DNA of 51,423 nt from Candidatus Woesearchaeota archaeon (GTDB lineage Archaea; Nanobdellota; Nanobdellia; Woesearchaeales; GW2011-AR9), in the NCBI GenBank assembly GCA_018303285.1, contig JAGVYL010000019.1:1-51423 (forward strand), given 5' to 3'. Below the pieces are notes generated by a model, which was not told the origin of the DNA, made no database searches, and saw only the letters and a program-made list of their open reading frames with translations. Numbering within the stretch: position 1 is the first letter of the stretch; the number at the start of each line of letters is the position of its first letter. The translations under genes and the position numbers were made by a program. Positions 10,227 through 19,871 of the stretch are shown one piece after another.

Positions 10227-11276
10227 TTACCACTCCATCTTGAACCTTAATATCGCCCCTATTCCCCCCAAACCATTTAATTTTTTTCCCCCTTCATGCT
10301 CAGAAGAGATTATATGCACTTCTCCTTTGCTTTTCTCTGTATTCCTCATCAGCCAATTAAGCTCTTCAAATTTCCCTTCTTCTTTTTTCTTTTGGATAAG
10401 GGAATCTATTACCAGCAGTTTCTCCACTGCTCCGCTGTCCACTGCTTGTTTTACTTCTTTAAGGCCGTAAGCCGCCATCCCTTTCTTATTGATTTGTATC
10501 AGCAGTTCTTCCACCAGATTAATTTCTTCCCAGAAGCGGCTTTGCTTTAGCGTTTCCTTCAGCTCCGGCCGCTTCATCACTTCACTTACGGCACTTTCGT
10601 CCACTGAAGAGCAGGTAGCTAAGACAATCTTCTTTTTCAGTTCCCCGTCTTTCACTAATTTCGCCAAATCTTCTTTGTAAAACGCCGGGCTGGCCAAGAT
10701 GATTCTTTCAGGATTAAACCGCCCAGCATATTCTCCCAGTAATTTTATTATTTCCGGATAAAATTGACCTTTGGCTGCTGCTCGTTTTTCTTTTTTCTCC
10801 GGCTCTCCGGAAATCTTTGTCAGCAGTTCGTAGCCGTAATTCTTCGTCAAAAAGAAGTATCCTTCTTCTCTGTCAAAAACACAGACAAGATATTGGTATC
10901 TCTTCTCCGCCGCTTCTTTCAATCGTTTGATCAGATAATCCGGCCAGTTTTCTTTCTCTAAAGTGAATTCACTGTCTTCGTCTATAGAAATAGTATGAAA
11001 ACTGCCTTTCGGGATGTCTTCTTTCTCCTCGTCGGTTTTGCCTGCTATCCGCAGAATATTGTTATACTTATGAAATTCCACTTTTTCTACTGCAATGCTG
11101 AGGGTAATAGTTTTCTTCACTGCTTCTTCTTTTTCCCCCAGCTTAATCTTGCGAGTAGTTTTAGCCCGCACTCTATCTCCTGCTTCAATAATCTGGCTCA
11201 GATACCAAAGATCATCCAGGCTGTTAACTCTTAACTTCGCATAGCCCTTGCGAAAATCATGGGAAAGTATCTGCAT
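10227..11276 (-). CDS. pelA: Pelota (aDom34) mRNA surveillance factor
   Basis: SLDDLWYLSQII, GSFHTISI, ILASPAFYKED, SSEHEGGKKLNGLGGIGAILRF. Confidence 0.96.
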   Translation of the reverse strand: MQILSHDFRKGYAKLRVNSLDDLWYLSQIIEAGDRVRAKTTRKIKLGEKEEAVKKTITLSIAVEKVEFHKYNNILRIAGKTDEEKEDIPKGSFHTISIDEDSEFTLEKENWPDYLIKRLKEAAEKRYQYLVCVFDREEGYFFLTKNYGYELLTKISGEPEKKEKRAAAKGQFYPEIIKLLGEYAGRFNPERIILASPAFYKEDLAKLVKDGELKKKIVLATCSSVDESAVSEVMKRPELKETLKQSRFWEEINLVEELLIQINKKGMAAYGLKEVKQAVDSGAVEKLLVIDSLIQKKKEEGKFEELNWLMRNTEKSKGEVHIISSEHEGGKKLNGLGGIGAILRFKMEW

Positions 11277-11402
11277 AAAGAAGAGGATATTCCGATAGTT
11301 TAAAAAATTAAGTGCCCTTAAATACTACACCTACTGAAAATACCTATCCTACCGCAGATAGTTTTAAATATTCCTACTCTATTCTTGCATCTGGTGATAC
11401 TT

Positions 11403-12599
11403 ATGAATATGAAAATTATGAATATGAAAAAAAGAGCGGATGGGGCTCCTGCAGCCGCCACATTATTAGCTATTATTATGGGTTTGATTGTTTTATATGT
11501 CTTATTCATCCCTCCTGCTGAACGAGCCAAGCTCTTAGGTGATGATTCCACTACCACTTCTATGGGTTCTACAACTACCAAAGGCCTTGTCCTTCTCAAA
11601 GAAAGTCCTGGAAGAGTAGATTTCCTGCCCGAAGACACTAACGAACACGCCTTGCCTGCAGTCTACATCTTCATCAAAAAAGAAGGTGCCGTTTTCGGCC
11701 AAAAACCTTTGACTCTCATCAAGAACAGCTTATTTTCCAGCAAATCAGAGAATATTTATTTTGATGTCTATGATTTAGAGAACACGGAAAACGTTCTTCT
11801 CTCTGCTTCAGTTAAGAAGAGTCAAGGAGAACTTGTTCTTACTTTAAACGGCGAAGAGATTTTCAGCAGCTTTGCTGAAACCGGAGCCATCACTCCCCTC
11901 AAAGTGCCTAAAGGATTACTTAAAGAAACCGGCAATCTTCTGGAAATTTCTGTTTCTTCTCCGGGAATAGCTTTCTGGCGGACAAACGAATATAATATAG
12001 AAAACGTCCAGATTGTCGGCGATGTCCAACGGGTGGAAACTCAAAAAGCCAAAAGCTCGTTTTTAGTTTCTGAAACTGAAAAGAACAATCTAGAAAAAGC
12101 AGAGATAAAAATGTCAGTCGACTGCCAGATGGAGAAGGTAGGAAAGCTGCGCATCTCTCTAAACAACGAACAAATTTATGCTGGCATCCCTGATTGCGGC
12201 TCTTATCTCAGCACTGAACTTTCTCCGGATTCATTGAAGAAGGGCAGCAATGAGATGGAATTTTTTACCGAGAGCGGCTCTTATTATTTATCGCTTATCT
12301 CTCTTAAATCTCAGCTGAAAGAAGTGGATTTTCCCACTTATTACTTTGAACTCTCAGAAGAGCAGTTCTCTGAAATAGAAGATAACAAGAAAGAAGCCGT
12401 CCTTACCTTGAACTTTGTCGATTCTGTAGACAAAAAACAGGCCGATGTCCTGGTCAACGGCCACATGAACAACATCGACCAGAAAGGAATCTTCTACAAT
12501 GTCAGCATCTCTGATGATGTAGTCAAGGGCACCAACTCTGTCAAGGTCAAGCCCAAGAAAAGCATTGAGATAAAAGAATTAAAGGTTGACTTGAAATGA
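11403..12599 (+). CDS. Exported beta-rich protein with class III (pilin-like) leader
   Basis: GGTGA SD at 11393-11397 favours ATG 11403; KKRA followed by hydrophobic helix; repeated L.G.N.L.(I/F) beta-sandwich motifs. Confidence 0.65.
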   Translation: MNMKIMNMKKRADGAPAAATLLAIIMGLIVLYVLFIPPAERAKLLGDDSTTTSMGSTTTKGLVLLKESPGRVDFLPEDTNEHALPAVYIFIKKEGAVFGQKPLTLIKNSLFSSKSENIYFDVYDLENTENVLLSASVKKSQGELVLTLNGEEIFSSFAETGAITPLKVPKGLLKETGNLLEISVSSPGIAFWRTNEYNIENVQIVGDVQRVETQKAKSSFLVSETEKNNLEKAEIKMSVDCQMEKVGKLRISLNNEQIYAGIPDCGSYLSTELSPDSLKKGSNEMEFFTESGSYYLSLISLKSQLKEVDFPTYYFELSEEQFSEIEDNKKEAVLTLNFVDSVDKKQADVLVNGHMNNIDQKGIFYNVSISDDVVKGTNSVKVKPKKSIEIKELKVDLK

Positions 12600-12758
12600 T
12601 TATTTTTTTATTTTTATTGATTAATTTTTAATTATTCAATGCATCTCTCTTAATCTTTAATCAGATTTATAAACCCAAAAGATTTCTCTCGGGATATAGT
12701 CCTAAATATAATAGGATATTAGTAAATATCATAAGACATCATAAAAAAGAGGCAATTT

Positions 12759-14627
12759 ATGGTTTCATCTGAAGAAAAAGCAAAGCGTAAACAAATGCGG
12801 ACAGTGGAAGAGCTCCGCCGGGAAGTCAAGGGAATCGGCAAAGGTTCTTTTTCCCAATACGCTAAAAAAGAACAGAAAGTGCAGGAAAAAATAGCAGAAC
12901 GAAAGCTTCCTTCTGCCCAAAATGTCCAATTTTCCAAAACTCCTCTTCCGCAACAAGAGACTCAAGCTTTCAAGACTCCTCTTCCGCAACAAAATGCAGC
13001 CCCAATAAAAAATCCTGAACCAAAACGAAGTTTCTTCGAAGCCATGCGTTCTTCCGGCAGCAAAGTCTACGGAGCAGCTGCGGCTGGTGCCGGCAAAGCA
13101 AAGGAAGCGGCCAACATCAATATCCCCTCTATGTTCGTCTACATTTTTATGATTCTTATCGGCGGCTTGGATGTTTATCTCAAAAATATAGTCGGTTATG
13201 CTCCCTCTGCTTCAGTATTCATTTCATTGATCATCGCTTTGGTTTTTGCCTTTATGGTCTGGGGCAATCAGTTTTTCCGCTCGCTGGTTTTTGGCGCTTT
13301 CTTTGCCGACTTGGCCTTGGAAGGAATATTATATTACGCCCCCCAATCTGCTTTATCCGACACCTTAATCATCATCAAAGTTTTTCTCTGGCTCGGCTTG
13401 GCCATCACCCTTTTCATCCTCGGTTTCATCGAGCACCTCAAAGAAAGAGAGAAACCCGGCATTTTTGCGGATATTGTTATGCTCATTATTGTCGGTGCTC
13501 TAATCTTCTTCCTTTTCCCCCAGTTTCTCCAAGTCTATGAACTGCAATCTGCAGAACATCGAGATTATTTCACGGTCGTAGAACAGACTGGAGAAAAGAT
13601 TACTGTTGCCGCTAAAGAAGCCAAGACAAGCATTATTGATTATATAGACTGCATCTTCGGCGCCGGTCAAGTCTACACCGAATGCTTGGAAAACAAGCGT
13701 ATTGAAAAAATCTGCGCTCCGTACAAAGATGATGAAGAGCAGTATGCCGCCTGCAAAACAACTAAAGGACAGAACTTAAATAATGTGGCTGGAGCAGCAG
13801 ATAAAACTGCTGAATCCACAGAGATAAAAATTGCTGGCCCGGCATCCGGCCAAATATATTACGGAGAAGAAACTCAGGTCCTGGCTACTTTGAAAACTGT
13901 CAACCCTCACGAAGAACCAGTAGAAATGACTGCTTCCTGCTCTTTCCAGACCAGCTCTTCGACAAACAAACAGAACATCACTGGTAAAATTGAAAATCAG
14001 GAAGGCGCCATGCCATTCAAATCTGGAACTGAAGAAAAATCTCTCATCTGTGCTCCTGAATCTCCGTTAATCAATGGAAAATACAAAGTTACGTTTAATT
14101 TGGAAATGGCCAACTTAAAAACGGTTTCCACTTTAAAACGTGTATTCATGGGAGAAAAAGAACTGAAAACAGAGAAGGAAATTAAAGAAATCCGTTCAAA
14201 AGAATTTCCCGGCAAAGAATATCTCTCCCAAGCTCCAGAAGATTTTCTGCGCATTAACTTTTGGGTAGGAAGTTCTCAAAAAGAGCCGTTAATTTTTTCT
14301 GATGAACAGCCGATTTTAGTTGCAGAATTAGAAAACCTAGGCAAAGGAGAGATTATCAAGATAAATAATCTTAACTTTAATCTCAAAGGCATCACTGCTG
14401 CCACTTCCAAAAACGGCTGCTTCCTTCAGCAGAGTGATTTAAAAGTCCCTCCCAAAGCCAAGAAGATGGATTTAACTGTCTGTTCGTTAAGCTTGCCTCA
14501 GCAGTTGAAATCTCCTGAAGGAAAGTATGCTGAAGAAAACTTTGAAGCCATTATAGAATATGATTATAAAATAAAACAAGAATTCAATATAGAAGTAAAA
14601 AAAGTCAGCTTAGAGCAGATAAGTTAA
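12759..14627 (+). CDS. Multi-pass membrane protein with large extracellular domain
   Basis: Charged N-terminus, ~5 TM helices, Cys-containing beta-rich C-domain ending IEYDYKIKQEFNIEV like the downstream lipoproteins. Confidence 0.75.
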   Translation: MVSSEEKAKRKQMRTVEELRREVKGIGKGSFSQYAKKEQKVQEKIAERKLPSAQNVQFSKTPLPQQETQAFKTPLPQQNAAPIKNPEPKRSFFEAMRSSGSKVYGAAAAGAGKAKEAANINIPSMFVYIFMILIGGLDVYLKNIVGYAPSASVFISLIIALVFAFMVWGNQFFRSLVFGAFFADLALEGILYYAPQSALSDTLIIIKVFLWLGLAITLFILGFIEHLKEREKPGIFADIVMLIIVGALIFFLFPQFLQVYELQSAEHRDYFTVVEQTGEKITVAAKEAKTSIIDYIDCIFGAGQVYTECLENKRIEKICAPYKDDEEQYAACKTTKGQNLNNVAGAADKTAESTEIKIAGPASGQIYYGEETQVLATLKTVNPHEEPVEMTASCSFQTSSSTNKQNITGKIENQEGAMPFKSGTEEKSLICAPESPLINGKYKVTFNLEMANLKTVSTLKRVFMGEKELKTEKEIKEIRSKEFPGKEYLSQAPEDFLRINFWVGSSQKEPLIFSDEQPILVAELENLGKGEIIKINNLNFNLKGITAATSKNGCFLQQSDLKVPPKAKKMDLTVCSLSLPQQLKSPEGKYAEENFEAIIEYDYKIKQEFNIEVKKVSLEQIS

Positions 14628-14633
14628 ACAAAA

Positions 14634-15485
14634 ATGAACACTAAACATTATCTCCTCATCGCCTTTGTTCTCCTTTTCTTTCTTGCTGCCTGCGGTGGTT
14701 CTTCCCCCAATACTGCGGCTAGCTTCAAAACCGGCTACAAAGGGGTAGTGGTTACGCCAATAAAAAATGCTCCGCCCCCGGAGATTTACTCGGGCAGCAA
14801 TATTAAAGTAGGGATACGTTTGGAAAATCTTGGCGCTTATAAAGCGACCAACGGTAAAATTCAAATCAGCGGCTTTGATAAGACCTATCTCTCTTTTTTC
14901 AAAACAGAAGAAACTCTTGAAACCATGGAAGGAAGAAGCGCTGTCAATTATATCGGCAGTTTAGATTTCAAAGAATTTGAAGGAAAAGTTTCTCTGCCTG
15001 AAGGGCTTAAAGAACATTTAGAAAGATTCAACATTGTCACTTCATATGATTACACTACTGAATTGAACTATGATGCATGTATCAACCCCGATATGTACGG
15101 GTTAGCCGCCGGAAAAGATGCCTGCAAAATCAAGGACACTGCTTCTTTTTCTGGTCAGGGTTCTCCCCTCGCTATAGAAAAAATAGATGAAATCATTTTC
15201 CCCGGCAATAAACCCAAAGTGGAATTTCGCTTGCATCTCAAGAATAAAGATAAAGGAAAAATAACTGATTTAGTGATAGAAGAAGGAAAATTAGGCAATC
15301 AAATGATCCTCTGCTCGCCGACAGAATTAGACTTAGAAAAAGGAGAAAATCTAGTCGTCTGCCAGGCTCCTCTGCAAAATCAGAATGTTTATACCACCAC
15401 CCTTTTCGTCAAAGCCACATTCTCATACGAAACCACTAACTGGATAGAACTGAACATCATCGGCCAGAAACCATTTTATAAGTGA
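14634..15485 (+). CDS. Putative lipoprotein, paralog 1
   Basis: Lipobox LAAC-GG; shared motifs TGxxGV, YxYxT...C, SGQGSPLAI. Confidence 0.8.
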   Translation: MNTKHYLLIAFVLLFFLAACGGSSPNTAASFKTGYKGVVVTPIKNAPPPEIYSGSNIKVGIRLENLGAYKATNGKIQISGFDKTYLSFFKTEETLETMEGRSAVNYIGSLDFKEFEGKVSLPEGLKEHLERFNIVTSYDYTTELNYDACINPDMYGLAAGKDACKIKDTASFSGQGSPLAIEKIDEIIFPGNKPKVEFRLHLKNKDKGKITDLVIEEGKLGNQMILCSPTELDLEKGENLVVCQAPLQNQNVYTTTLFVKATFSYETTNWIELNIIGQKPFYK

Positions 15486-15555
15486 GTGGGATGTTTAAAC
15501 TCTTCTCCAGTATAAAATAGAAAGATATAAAAAAGCCAGAATAATCTCTCTTCAA

Positions 15556-16479
15556 ATGCAAAAAAAGAGGCTATTGTTAATAGTTTTATCTGCTCTTCTA
15601 GTCTTAACTGCCTGCGGTGTGCCCCAAGGAGAGAATCCCGGCCAATCAGCCGCTGCCCTGCAGGCCGCTTCTACTGGCTTTCAAGGAGTGGAGATTCAGT
15701 TTATGCCTAATGCTCCCCCCAATCAGATTTATGACGTCAATCAATTAAATGCTATCGTCGAAGTGAATAATCTCGGCCGCTTCAACTTAGAGCCGCAGAA
15801 TTGTTTTGTAGAATTAAGCGGCTATGATTCCACCATCATTACTGGAATGAATTACCGCCAGAGCTGCGGTTTGCTCGACGGAAAAAATCCGTACAATCTT
15901 AATGGCGGCTACAATCAGATTGAATTCAAATCAGGAAATATTCTTCTTCCTGCCAATACTCCAACTTACACCCCCACATTACGCCTTGCTGCCTGTTATC
16001 AATATCAAACGGTAGCTACGCCTCAAGTTTGCGTTGATCCTCTTTTTTATACTATCAGTTCTCAACAAAAATCCTGCAATCCCGGCAGCGTACAGATGAG
16101 CAGCAGTCAAGCCGCTCCGGTAGCAGTCACCAATATCTATCCCCAGATGCTCGGCGGTAAAGCTTTATTTGATATTACTATCCAAAATGTAGGGGGAGGA
16201 TTGGTTTTAAGCCCTTTCACCAGCTTACTCTCCTGTCCGAGTAATCTAGGTTATCAAGATGAAAATAAGGTGGCTTACTCAGTAAGCATGGCCGGCGGAA
16301 CATTGATCAGCTGCAAACCAGAAAGCGGAGTAGTTACCTTGAACAACGGCCAAGGCAAGATGATTTGCCAATTCTCTATCGGCAACAGCCCCTCTTTTGA
16401 AACTCCTCTGAGAATAGAATTAAACTATAATTACATGAAATCCTGGCTGAAATCTGTCCAGATTGTCCAGACACCATAA
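15556..16479 (+). CDS. Putative lipoprotein, paralog 2
   Basis: Lipobox LTAC-G; TGFQGV, YQYQT...VCVDP, AAPVAVT, LNYNY motifs. Confidence 0.8.
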   Translation: MQKKRLLLIVLSALLVLTACGVPQGENPGQSAAALQAASTGFQGVEIQFMPNAPPNQIYDVNQLNAIVEVNNLGRFNLEPQNCFVELSGYDSTIITGMNYRQSCGLLDGKNPYNLNGGYNQIEFKSGNILLPANTPTYTPTLRLAACYQYQTVATPQVCVDPLFYTISSQQKSCNPGSVQMSSSQAAPVAVTNIYPQMLGGKALFDITIQNVGGGLVLSPFTSLLSCPSNLGYQDENKVAYSVSMAGGTLISCKPESGVVTLNNGQGKMICQFSIGNSPSFETPLRIELNYNYMKSWLKSVQIVQTP

Positions 16480-16508
16480 TTTTTTTCTTTTTACTGCTCC
16501 AAAACAAG

Positions 16509-16623
16509 GTATGTGCATAGCGCGAATATCGCCAGCGAGTGAACAAAGTTCATCATTAGACGGTACTTGGTGTTTCATTACGAGATGCTTTGAATGAAAC
16601 ACACGAGCGAGCTATGCACATAC
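16509..16623. mobile_element. MITE-like 115-bp element with 13-bp terminal inverted repeats and 8-bp target-site duplication
   Basis: GTATGTGCATAGC (16509-16521)/GCTATGCACATAC (16611-16623); AAAACAAG on both sides (16501-16508, 16624-16631); internal IR GTGTTTCATT/AATGAAACAC. Confidence 0.8.
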
Positions 16624-16708
16624 AAAACAAGAAAACTATTTAAATACCAAGATAAACCTCAATTATAATAATTAAGTTTAACTATATCAACAAAAAGGAG
16701 GAGAAAAC

Positions 16709-17605
16709 ATGAGAAAAATAGCTTTATTTTCCCTGATTTTAGTCGGTTTATTTTTAGTAGCCTGTGGTGAAACGCCCCAGACTCAAACTAAAGATGTTTT
16801 TTTCGGCGGCACTAATGGTGTAGAAGCCAAATTCGAACTGATGGGTGGAGAACAGGATAACATTGATACGATTTATGACTCCGAAGCATTTTTAGTAGAA
16901 GTCACGTTAAACAATAAAGGAGAACATGAATTAGCTCCAGAAGATGCTAACGTAAGATTACTCGGTCTTCCTCCTTCAAGTTTCCAAGGTATTGCTTCAT
17001 GGGAATTGTCAAATAAAGATATTGTCGATAAAGTATCGGAATTAAATAAAGCCGGCGGCCAGGAAACTGTCTCCTTCGGCTCAGCTGTCAAATACTTGCC
17101 TAAAGTAACCACTTATGCTGATTTAGAATGGATTGCCGAAGTCACTTATCAATACAAAACATATATCCGCGTAGACAATGTCTGCTTCAAAGGAAATCTC
17201 AATGATAAACGAGTCTGTGAAGTGGCAGAACCTAAACCTTTCCATGTCTCTGGCGCACCGATTACTATAACTTCAGCTAAAGAAGAAACCGCCGGCAGCG
17301 GCATTGTTGCCTTGACTTTGGAAGTAAAAAATGCTGGTCCGGGAAAATCTACTAAAGACGCCGACTTTAACTTCAATTTCAACAATTTCGGTTTCACTAT
17401 TGATGAGCCAGAATTATGGGACTGTAAATCTGCGGGTAAAGTAAACGAAGGCCGCTTCGATGATACTGGTAGTGCGTCTATTACCTGCAAATTGAAAAGC
17501 CCCCTGGCCAAAGAAGACTTGTATACCAAGAATATTGGTTTGACCTTAAACTACAAATATCAGAGCTTGGCCCAAACTAAATTAAGAATCAAAGAAAGCC
17601 AGTAA
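16709..17605 (+). CDS. Putative lipoprotein, paralog 3
   Basis: Lipobox LVAC-G; GGTNGV, YQYKT...VC, SGAPITIT, LNYKY motifs; GGAGG SD. Confidence 0.8.
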   Translation: MRKIALFSLILVGLFLVACGETPQTQTKDVFFGGTNGVEAKFELMGGEQDNIDTIYDSEAFLVEVTLNNKGEHELAPEDANVRLLGLPPSSFQGIASWELSNKDIVDKVSELNKAGGQETVSFGSAVKYLPKVTTYADLEWIAEVTYQYKTYIRVDNVCFKGNLNDKRVCEVAEPKPFHVSGAPITITSAKEETAGSGIVALTLEVKNAGPGKSTKDADFNFNFNNFGFTIDEPELWDCKSAGKVNEGRFDDTGSASITCKLKSPLAKEDLYTKNIGLTLNYKYQSLAQTKLRIKESQ

Positions 17606-17627
17606 AATGCTATTTTATTTTTGAGAT

Positions 17628-18215
17628 TTACATTTGGTATACTACTTCACGTTTTTCTGTTGGAATGAACGAAATTTCTATCCCGCATAATTTTAATGGA
17701 ACGGTGTTTACTACTTCAACTTTAACCAAGACATAGGGGTCTAAAGTTCGTGCTGATTTTCCAAGTTCTAATTCACGATGATGTAGATTTACTTTTTCTC
17801 CAGCGACTACGGATAACAATGCTGTTCGTGTTACGATTTCCATAGCCGTGCTTTTATTAATCATATCATCTGCGGTAACGTCAGTTAGACTGTCAATTAG
17901 AGTATAGTTTCTCTTTCGGGCATAACAGAATTCTATTGCCACTTTTTCCCGCGAAAAAGAGATCGTTTTTTGAGTTTTACTTAATCTTCTAGTAGTGTGA
18001 TACATTCCAACTGTTTCTAAGTCTTGGACATTTAATTCATCTTCTAGAAATCCGCCTTGTTCTCGTGTGGAAAGATAACTTTGGGTTTGATCGGCGCATT
18101 TAGCCAATTCTCGTAAAACATCATCAATTGTTTTAATGCTTTCTTCTACTTCGATTCTTTCTTCAATTTTTCTTAAGCTTGAAGAGACGATAATACGGTT
18201 GTGGCTTTTATCCAT
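17628..18215 (-). CDS. Hypothetical protein
   Basis: 195-aa ORF co-oriented with rfcS; no recognised motif. Confidence 0.55.
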   Translation of the reverse strand: MDKSHNRIIVSSSLRKIEERIEVEESIKTIDDVLRELAKCADQTQSYLSTREQGGFLEDELNVQDLETVGMYHTTRRLSKTQKTISFSREKVAIEFCYARKRNYTLIDSLTDVTADDMINKSTAMEIVTRTALLSVVAGEKVNLHHRELELGKSARTLDPYVLVKVEVVNTVPLKLCGIEISFIPTEKREVVYQM

Positions 18216-18246
18216 GATACTTACTTAGTTTTATAATCTTTCAGTT

Positions 18247-19209
18247 TTAATTCTCTTTTTTATTTCCAATCACTCCCATATACGCCAAGAACGCTTCAAT
18301 CTGCACAAACTCGTCTGCTCCTTCAGTCATCCTGAATTCCATCTCTCCACAGCGGTCGATCAGCTGCATCTTAGTTCTATCATCAAGAGAAAGACTCCAA
18401 ATCTCTCGCTGTATCTGTTTAATCATATCCAAGCCGCTTAAACCGCAGCTGAGCATCATCTCCAGCATTTTTTCCCGTGCCATCAAGAACTTCCCTTTGG
18501 CCGCCATTTCCAAAACCTCTTTTACTTCTTTAGGCTTGACTGCTCCGGCCACGATATAAACTCCTTCTTTAGTTATTTTCTTGTCAAGAACTGCGCAGCT
18601 TTGCAAAAGATTCTCTAATCTACGGCAGTCTCCTTCTGAAACTTCCAGCAAGACTTTTTTCGCTTCTTCTTCAACTTCTAAACCTTCTTTTTCAGTAATA
18701 TGTTTAATAATCTCCCCTACGTTATCTTCACTCAATGGCTTAAACCTAAAAATCGCGCATCGGCTTTGTATCGGCTCGATAATCTTAGAAGAATAGTTGC
18801 AGGAAAGTATAAAACGGGTCGTTTTAGTAAACATCTCCATAGTTCTTCTCAAAGCCTGCTGAGCTTCCCGTGTTAAAGCATCACATTCATCCAAAAGAAT
18901 TATCTTAAAGGGCACATCTCCCATCGCTTTGGTACGAGCAAAATCTTTTACTTTTACTCGGACAACATCGATTCCTCTTTCGTCAGAAGCATTAAGTTCT
19001 AAAAAATTGTCTCTCCAAGAAAGACCAAAGAGCTGTTTAGCAGTCACTAAGGCCAAAGTTGTCTTACCTACCCCTGCCGGTCCGGCAAAAAGCAGATGCG
19101 GCATGTTCTTCTGCTCCACAAAGGCTTTCACTCTAGAAACGATTTCTTCCTGGCCTTTGACCTCGTCAAACTTCTCCGGCCGGTACTTCTCTGTCCAGAT
19201 AGCAGTCAT
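18247..19209 (-). CDS. rfcS: Replication factor C small subunit
   Basis: WTEKYRP, GPAGVGKTT, LELNASDERGIDVVR, LDECDALT, IQSRC. Confidence 0.97.
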   Translation of the reverse strand: MTAIWTEKYRPEKFDEVKGQEEIVSRVKAFVEQKNMPHLLFAGPAGVGKTTLALVTAKQLFGLSWRDNFLELNASDERGIDVVRVKVKDFARTKAMGDVPFKIILLDECDALTREAQQALRRTMEMFTKTTRFILSCNYSSKIIEPIQSRCAIFRFKPLSEDNVGEIIKHITEKEGLEVEEEAKKVLLEVSEGDCRRLENLLQSCAVLDKKITKEGVYIVAGAVKPKEVKEVLEMAAKGKFLMAREKMLEMMLSCGLSGLDMIKQIQREIWSLSLDDRTKMQLIDRCGEMEFRMTEGADEFVQIEAFLAYMGVIGNKKEN

Positions 19210-19257
19210 ACTTCTCTTTCAAACCCCTGCTTTTTTAAATATTTGTGGCTTAAAGAA

Positions 19258-19836
19258 TTAAACCTTAACTTCGTATTCAAAATAATTATTCCATGGATTT
19301 TCTAATCGCATCATCTGCTTTATGGTCAGATGCTCAAAATACCGCCGGAACGGCCGCATAGAATTCCCATGAGCTGAAATAGCTACATTGATTTTCTCTT
19401 TTTTCATCTTCCGCAGCAAATCTTTGATAAACGATTTCACTCTTTTTTCCACCATCTGGATGCTTTCTCCGCCAGGAGGAGCAACGGTATAAGACCTATG
19501 CCAAGTATCGAACTGCTTTTGGCCGTATTTCTTGATGATAGTGCTATGTTTCTTTCCTTGAAACTTGCCGTAAGAACGTTCAATCATTCTGTCATCAACA
19601 ATCACTTTCCGGCATTCCGGATGATATTTTAGCACTTCTTTCATAGTTTCTCGAGAACGAGATAATCTTGTCTGAAAAGCCAAATCAATTTTCTTATTTT
19701 TCAGCTTCTGCGCCACTTTCCGTGCATTTCCCTTGCCTTCAGCAGTCAGCTTAGAATCCTTCCAGCCAGTGAACTCCTTTGCCCGATTAAAAAAACTCTC
19801 TCCGTGGCGGAAAAGATATATCTTCAGCTTGGCCAT
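19258..19836 (-). CDS. gpmA: 2,3-BPG-dependent phosphoglycerate mutase (histidine phosphatase family)
   Basis: RHGES..N...FTGWKD, ERSYGKFQG, PPGGES, AHGNSMR. Confidence 0.85.
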   Translation of the reverse strand: MAKLKIYLFRHGESFFNRAKEFTGWKDSKLTAEGKGNARKVAQKLKNKKIDLAFQTRLSRSRETMKEVLKYHPECRKVIVDDRMIERSYGKFQGKKHSTIIKKYGQKQFDTWHRSYTVAPPGGESIQMVEKRVKSFIKDLLRKMKKEKINVAISAHGNSMRPFRRYFEHLTIKQMMRLENPWNNYFEYEVKV

Positions 19837-19871
19837 AGAGAAAACAAACTCTTAGAGAATATAAATGTTTC

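Noticed and set aside
12935..12992. 36-bp-period repeat (KTPLPQQ x2) and the 24-bp repeat at 51101-51148
   Set aside because: In-frame low-complexity linker duplications; no sign of a DGR or phase variation
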